A stretch of 64,000 nt of DNA from Acidobacteriota bacterium (GTDB lineage: Bacteria > Acidobacteriota > UBA6911), in contig OY761556.1 in assembly GCA_963664705.1 (NCBI GenBank), forward strand, positions 6,304,001-6,368,000. Direction: 5' to 3'. Shown here piece by piece: positions 59,682 through 64,000 of the stretch; position 1 is the first letter of the stretch, and each line of letters starts with the position of its first letter. Made by a program: the position numbers and the translations under genes. The notes under the pieces were generated by a model. It saw nothing but the letters and a program-made list of their open reading frames with translations, did no database searches and was not told the origin of the DNA.

Positions 59682-60849
59682 GGATTTGGTACAAGGCCAG
59701 GGAGACAATTCCGCGACTAGAGACTTATTAAAGCTGTACGTTCCGCTGAATGGAATCGTCAGCAAGCCAGAGCCCGAAATTCGGCACGAAATGCCTGTGG
59801 AAAACTGCCTGGCACCACGTGCCACCGTGGCACAGGACGACATTCCTGCATGGCACGGTGCCACCGTGGCACCTCATGCTACCCTGGCACCACATGCCAC
59901 GGTAGCACGATATGCTAGGGTGGAAGGCGAATTGCGCGTTCCGAATACCATTAGTTTCCGCCTCTTTCCGACACTCGATCCATTCGCAAAAGCCGTCTAT
60001 TATCAGCTCTATTTGGAATCATATGGTTTCCACAGCGATATGTGTCTGGTTAGCCTTCCGACATTGGCGAAATTGGTGCTGATGTCCCAGCGAAAGGTTC
60101 AAAACACAATCAGTTATCTCGAATCGCGTGGATTAGTAAAAAGGCTTGGGTCCAGGCTAGGTGGAAAAGATCGCGGCAATTATTATCAAGTATTTGTTCC
60201 GGAAGATATCGGTCCCATAAATCCAAATATTCCGCCAGACAACTATGATGAAAATGAAACCGACTGCATGGCACCTCGTGCCACCCTGGCACCACGTGCC
60301 AGCCTAGCACTCCATGCCACGGTGGCACGAGGTGCCACCAATCAAAATGATGATGATGATGATATAAAAATAAAAAATAAATCATCATCATCAAAAGGCA
60401 ACGACATTGGCAGCGAGTTTGTGGAAAACCACACTTGCGCGGCTGCGCCGCGAGAGAAAGAAACGGCGAATTTTCTGCTTGTGCGCGACGCGTATGAAAA
60501 AGCCACCGGGAATCGCTGGAATCAATCGGATTCGGAAGCCTACAAGCAAAACTGCATCGCCGATGTGCCGCCGGCCAAAATCGTCTCGGTTTTGGAGACC
60601 GTAGTTCGTCGGACGCCGACAAAGATCAACAGCTTCAAATATTTCGTCAAGGAGATCATCGCTCAGCCGGATCCGCGCAATCGCTCCTGGCAGAAAAAGC
60701 GCCTTGAGAGGATCGTTCACAAAATCCGGGATATTTCGGTTGGGCGCGGCGACTATTCAATGGCCGATTTTGTGGAGGACGTCAAATGCAGCTGCGCTCG
60801 CGAAGGCGTTGTATTCGAAAACGATCTGTTTAACGAATTGGTGAGTTAG
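59638..60849 (+). CDS. Putative replication initiator (winged HTH) with intragenic repeat arrays
   Basis: AKAVYYQLY...SLPTLAKLVLMSQRKVQNTISYLESRGLV; overlaps parA; 6-aa repeats. Confidence 0.6.
   Translation: MKKRDMQQLKASIAKDLVQGQGDNSATRDLLKLYVPLNGIVSKPEPEIRHEMPVENCLAPRATVAQDDIPAWHGATVAPHATLAPHATVARYARVEGELRVPNTISFRLFPTLDPFAKAVYYQLYLESYGFHSDMCLVSLPTLAKLVLMSQRKVQNTISYLESRGLVKRLGSRLGGKDRGNYYQVFVPEDIGPINPNIPPDNYDENETDCMAPRATLAPRASLALHATVARGATNQNDDDDDIKIKNKSSSSKGNDIGSEFVENHTCAAAPREKETANFLLVRDAYEKATGNRWNQSDSEAYKQNCIADVPPAKIVSVLETVVRRTPTKINSFKYFVKEIIAQPDPRNRSWQKKRLERIVHKIRDISVGRGDYSMADFVEDVKCSCAREGVVFENDLFNELVS
59810..59922. repeat. 18-bp-period palindromic array 1 (TGGCA-N5-TGCCA)
   Basis: TGGCACCACGTGCCACCG, TGGCACCTCATGCTACCC, TGGCACCACATGCCACGG, TAGCACGATATGCTAGGG. 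Confidence 0.85.
60269..60339. repeat. 18-bp-period palindromic array 2
   Basis: Four consecutive units, followed by an AT-rich tract. Confidence 0.85.
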
Positions 60850-60911
60850 TGCTTGCCGGCTAATTTCTGCAAACAAGTTTCATGTCACCATGAACGAGTC
60901 AGCAGCGATTC

Positions 60912-61127
60912 TTGCGCGAAGGAGGTTTGCGAAAACTTATGCTAACGGGTATACGAATCATCGGCCTCGGGATATGGGTTGCAATTATAAGCATGGCGAT
61001 CTCGGCATTTTTCTTCCGGCATGGCTCGGAGGAGGATGTCACGCTTGTCTTCGTGTCAATCATGGATTTGATTGTGATAATGGTCGCAGCGAAAGCCATC
61101 ATGAAGGTCTTTAGAAAATCCAGCTGA
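60912..61127 (+). CDS. Small two-TM membrane protein
   Basis: Two hydrophobic stretches; GGAGG near the start; start uncertain. Confidence 0.5.
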   Translation: MREGGLRKLMLTGIRIIGLGIWVAIISMAISAFFFRHGSEEDVTLVFVSIMDLIVIMVAAKAIMKVFRKSS

Positions 61128-61266
61128 ATTTAACGCGATATTGCGGCTCCACAGCCTGCATGACTGACGTGAAATGAGGCTGTTATTTGTTCAGAATGCC
61201 TGAGCGATATCCATTTCCGAGAAATTCTTGCAATGCGACAGGATACTGCCATATGATGACAGGATT

Positions 61267-62328
61267 ATGACCGGTATAAGCAAACCTTCTGCAGTCGCCA
61301 GGCATCGCATTGCATGTGGATGGTCTCAATCGGAATTGGCACGACGTGCTGATATTCCCCGGACCACCGTTAGTGCAATTGAGGGTGAGAGACTCACTCC
61401 TTCCGTAACAACAGCCTTGGCGTTGGCGCGCTCATTGGGATGCTCTGTTGAAGAGCTGTTCGGCACCGGCATAATGGAATCCGTGACTGGCAGCCCGGCC
61501 TGGGCATGGTCTCCTCACATCGACCCGTGCCGCTATTGGGAGGCTGAGGTTGGTGGGCGACGGTTGCTCTTCCCCGTTGAAGGGCTTTCGCTGAATGATA
61601 TACCGCACGATGGAATATGGCAGGGCGGGGCTGAACATGACTCAAGACCAACCATAGCGGAAGAAACGCTAGTCCTGGCGTGCTGCGATCCTGCAGCAGG
61701 ACTTCTCGCTGCAGAGTATGCGAGAGAAAGCGGATTCCGCCTCCTGATAATTGAACGCAGCGGCGGGGCTGCTCTGGAATTGTTGAGACAAGGCCTTATA
61801 CATCTTGCCGGATTGCACCGATCGACTCCTGATCGGCCTCTAAGAAACAAAGAAACCGTTCATGAGCGGCTTGGCCAGGGGTATCGATTGCTTCGGGCTG
61901 CAAGCTGGCAGGAAGGCTTAGCTCTGCCGGTCGCGGAACGATCGAGCTCTTCAGCCACCATCGCGAAGCAATGCCGGCGATGGGCTCTTCGGGAAAAGGG
62001 ATCCGCTGCACGCGAATGTCTTGATGAGATGCTCGAAGGCAAGGCTGCTGCCGGAAAGCCTGTCCATGGCCATAGTGCAGTGGCTGAAGCAGTGCGGGCG
62101 GGTTGGGCAAGCGCCGGGGTTTGCGTGAAATTAACAGCACAAGATGCCGGATTGCATTTCATCCCGGTGCGTACCGAGATGTTGGATATCTGCTACTCCG
62201 ATTCATTGGCACACGATCCGCGGATGCTTGCGCTAATTCGGCTTCTTCGAAGTAAGTCGCATCGCAGGTTTATTAGTGAGCTTCCCGGCTATGATGCAAG
62301 CGGGACGGGCGAGATTGTAGAAGTATGA
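61267..62328 (+). CDS. XRE HTH + PBP (molybdate-binding-like) domain regulator
   Basis: WSQSELARRA...SAIEGERLTPS; CDPAAGLL, HLAGLH, REKGSAAR, LPGYD. Confidence 0.82.
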   Translation: MTGISKPSAVARHRIACGWSQSELARRADIPRTTVSAIEGERLTPSVTTALALARSLGCSVEELFGTGIMESVTGSPAWAWSPHIDPCRYWEAEVGGRRLLFPVEGLSLNDIPHDGIWQGGAEHDSRPTIAEETLVLACCDPAAGLLAAEYARESGFRLLIIERSGGAALELLRQGLIHLAGLHRSTPDRPLRNKETVHERLGQGYRLLRAASWQEGLALPVAERSSSSATIAKQCRRWALREKGSAARECLDEMLEGKAAAGKPVHGHSAVAEAVRAGWASAGVCVKLTAQDAGLHFIPVRTEMLDICYSDSLAHDPRMLALIRLLRSKSHRRFISELPGYDASGTGEIVEV

Positions 62329-62388
62329 GCTGGAAGAATTTCTTCCGCCGACTTTGAGCAGTGATTTAGAGACCAATGAGGTAGGTTC

Positions 62389-63180
62389 ATGAGCAAGATT
62401 TTTGTGCGTGGAAGCGGCGATGTCGCTTCCGCAGTTGCGCTGATATTGTACGAAGCTGGCCATGCCGTACTTATTCATGATTCGGCGCAGCCCACTTCAA
62501 CACGGCGAAAAATGGCGTTTTGTGATGCCATTTTTGATGGGAAGGCTATGTTGGAAGGGGTACAGGCCCAGCTTGCGTCCGGTCTATCTGAGATCACTGC
62601 GCACCTGGATTCACATGATTTGATTCCCGTAACCACACTTGATTTGTCCTTCCTAATTGCTTCGATTTCACCTGATGTGTTGGTTGATGCGAGAATGAGA
62701 AAGCATTCTCAACCTGAGACTCAGATTGCATTAGCCCCATTTACCATCGGCCTGGGACCAAATTTTATCGCGGGCGTGACGGTCCACGCTGCAGTGGAAA
62801 CCGGGTATGAAGCGATGGGGCAGGTCATTTGGCAGGGAGCAACGCGGCCGTTGGAAGGGGAACCACGAACGATTGCCGGACATGCTCGCGATCGATATGT
62901 TTACGCGCCAATTGCCGGTGTATTCCGGACTACGGCGCAAATTGGGGATTTAGTTGCAGCAGGGCAGCAAGTCGCGACAATCGGGGAGACCATGCTGCAC
63001 GCGCCTATTGATGGTATCCTTCGTGGACTCACTCACGACAATGTGCCGGTGGCACAAAAGACGAAGGTCATCGAAGTCGATCCCCGAGGCAAAGAAGTAA
63101 ATATTGCAGGAATCGCGGATCGCCCAAGGCGTATCGCACAGGGCGTTTTGGAAGCCGTCAGGCAACGAACTATTTTCTAA
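62389..63180 (+). CDS. YqeB-like molybdenum hydroxylase accessory protein
   Basis: VRGSGDVASA, RRKMAF, VDARMRK, IGLGPNF, APIDGILRGL, IEVDPR. Confidence 0.8.
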   Translation: MSKIFVRGSGDVASAVALILYEAGHAVLIHDSAQPTSTRRKMAFCDAIFDGKAMLEGVQAQLASGLSEITAHLDSHDLIPVTTLDLSFLIASISPDVLVDARMRKHSQPETQIALAPFTIGLGPNFIAGVTVHAAVETGYEAMGQVIWQGATRPLEGEPRTIAGHARDRYVYAPIAGVFRTTAQIGDLVAAGQQVATIGETMLHAPIDGILRGLTHDNVPVAQKTKVIEVDPRGKEVNIAGIADRPRRIAQGVLEAVRQRTIF

Positions 63181-63223
63181 AACAATCAGCAATCATTTCC
63201 GGCGGCACATTCACGAGGAAAAG

Positions 63224-64000
63224 ATGGATCTGCATGCGAGTTTCCCGATATCAGGAGTTACAACTTGGATTTTTCTGCCACCTATCGTGGCCTTCGTGGT
63301 TTCATTCTTTGCCTCAATGGGAGGCGTTTCGGGAGCGTTCCTCCTCCTGCCGTTTCAGATCAGTTTCCTGCATTTTGTCACTCCTTCGGTCAGCTCAACA
63401 AATTTTGTCTATAACATAGTGGCCATTCCGAGCGGCGTCTACCGCTACATCAAAGAAGGACGGATGGCTTGGCATTTGGCCTGGCTCATGATTTTAGGAA
63501 CCCTCCCGGGTGTTTTCCTTGGCTATTATTTGAGGGTTTTGTATCTCCCGAATCCCCGCACCTTCAAGCTCTTTGTTGCCTGTGTTCTTTTTTATGTGGG
63601 GATACGCCTTGCGCTGGAAATTATTTTGAAGGCTCAAAACGGCGGAGGTAATGGGCTGAACGGAAGCCTAAAGATGAATCAGAGGATTGGCATTCCCGTC
63701 AATCTCAGAACCGTCGCCTTTTCTGCAAAGAAGACAGAGTATGAATTCTGCGGAAACAGCTTTTCTGTTGCTACCACAAGATTGCTGATTCTCTCATTCC
63801 TCGTGGGAGTTGTTGGAGGTGCATATGGAATTGGTGGCGGTTCAATAATCGCCCCATTCCTGGTCGCCTTCTTTGGCCTACCGGTCTATATGGTCGCAGG
63901 AGCTGCGCTCTTGGGAACATTCCTTACCTCAATTGCAGGAGTCCTTTTTTATTCTTTGGTTCCTTTAAAACCCGGCATCTCCACTTCGCCCGACTGGATG
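63224..64000 (+). CDS. TauE/SafE-family membrane protein; 3' truncated by window edge
   Basis: MDLHASFPISGV...SMGGVSGAFLLLPFQ...NIVAIPSGVYRY...GGAYGIGGGSIIAPFLV; absent from the ORF track because no stop falls in the window. Confidence 0.85.
   Translation, partial: MDLHASFPISGVTTWIFLPPIVAFVVSFFASMGGVSGAFLLLPFQISFLHFVTPSVSSTNFVYNIVAIPSGVYRYIKEGRMAWHLAWLMILGTLPGVFLGYYLRVLYLPNPRTFKLFVACVLFYVGIRLALEIILKAQNGGGNGLNGSLKMNQRIGIPVNLRTVAFSAKKTEYEFCGNSFSVATTRLLILSFLVGVVGGAYGIGGGSIIAPFLVAFFGLPVYMVAGAALLGTFLTSIAGVLFYSLVPLKPGISTSPDWM

Noticed and set aside
59810-60339. CRISPR array
   Set aside because: Units are 18 bp, contiguous, in frame within a gene and lack unique spacers; no cas genes in the window.

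Overview
The window is mostly accessory DNA, probably from an Acidobacteriota-like bacterium (inferred only from the style of the first ORF). 1-2.7 kb: the end of a TPR protein, a duplicated REP-like block with a decayed IS200-type tnpA remnant, and an intact IS1111-type IS110 element inserted in a REP. Its bridge-RNA guides can be read from the sequence. 2.7-7.5 kb: two secreted hydrolases that share a duplicated leader and signal peptide. 7.9-12.6 kb: older island debris (MTase-HNH, NUDIX, truncated helicase start, integrase 3' remnant, VRR-NUC-like, DUF3465, TA pair). 12671-58679: a ~46 kb integrative element bounded by identical 46-bp tRNA-Met 3'-half repeats, with matching integrase arm sites. 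Its backbone is satellite-like (integrase, excisionase-like HTHs, split primase, helicase, iterons). Its cargo is an unexplained Liv-type ABC + HD-domain + B12 radical SAM operon, BREX type 1 with three inserted modules (TIR, AIPR, ATPase+DUF4276-like), McrBC with a DpnI-type winged helix, and a short Argonaute whose partner is nuclease-TIR-APAZ with an apparently dead TIR. Beyond 58.7 kb: a probable second tandem element with ParA and a Rep-like gene carrying intragenic palindromic arrays, then molybdenum-related genes. All family assignments come from motif recognition by eye; no searches were run.
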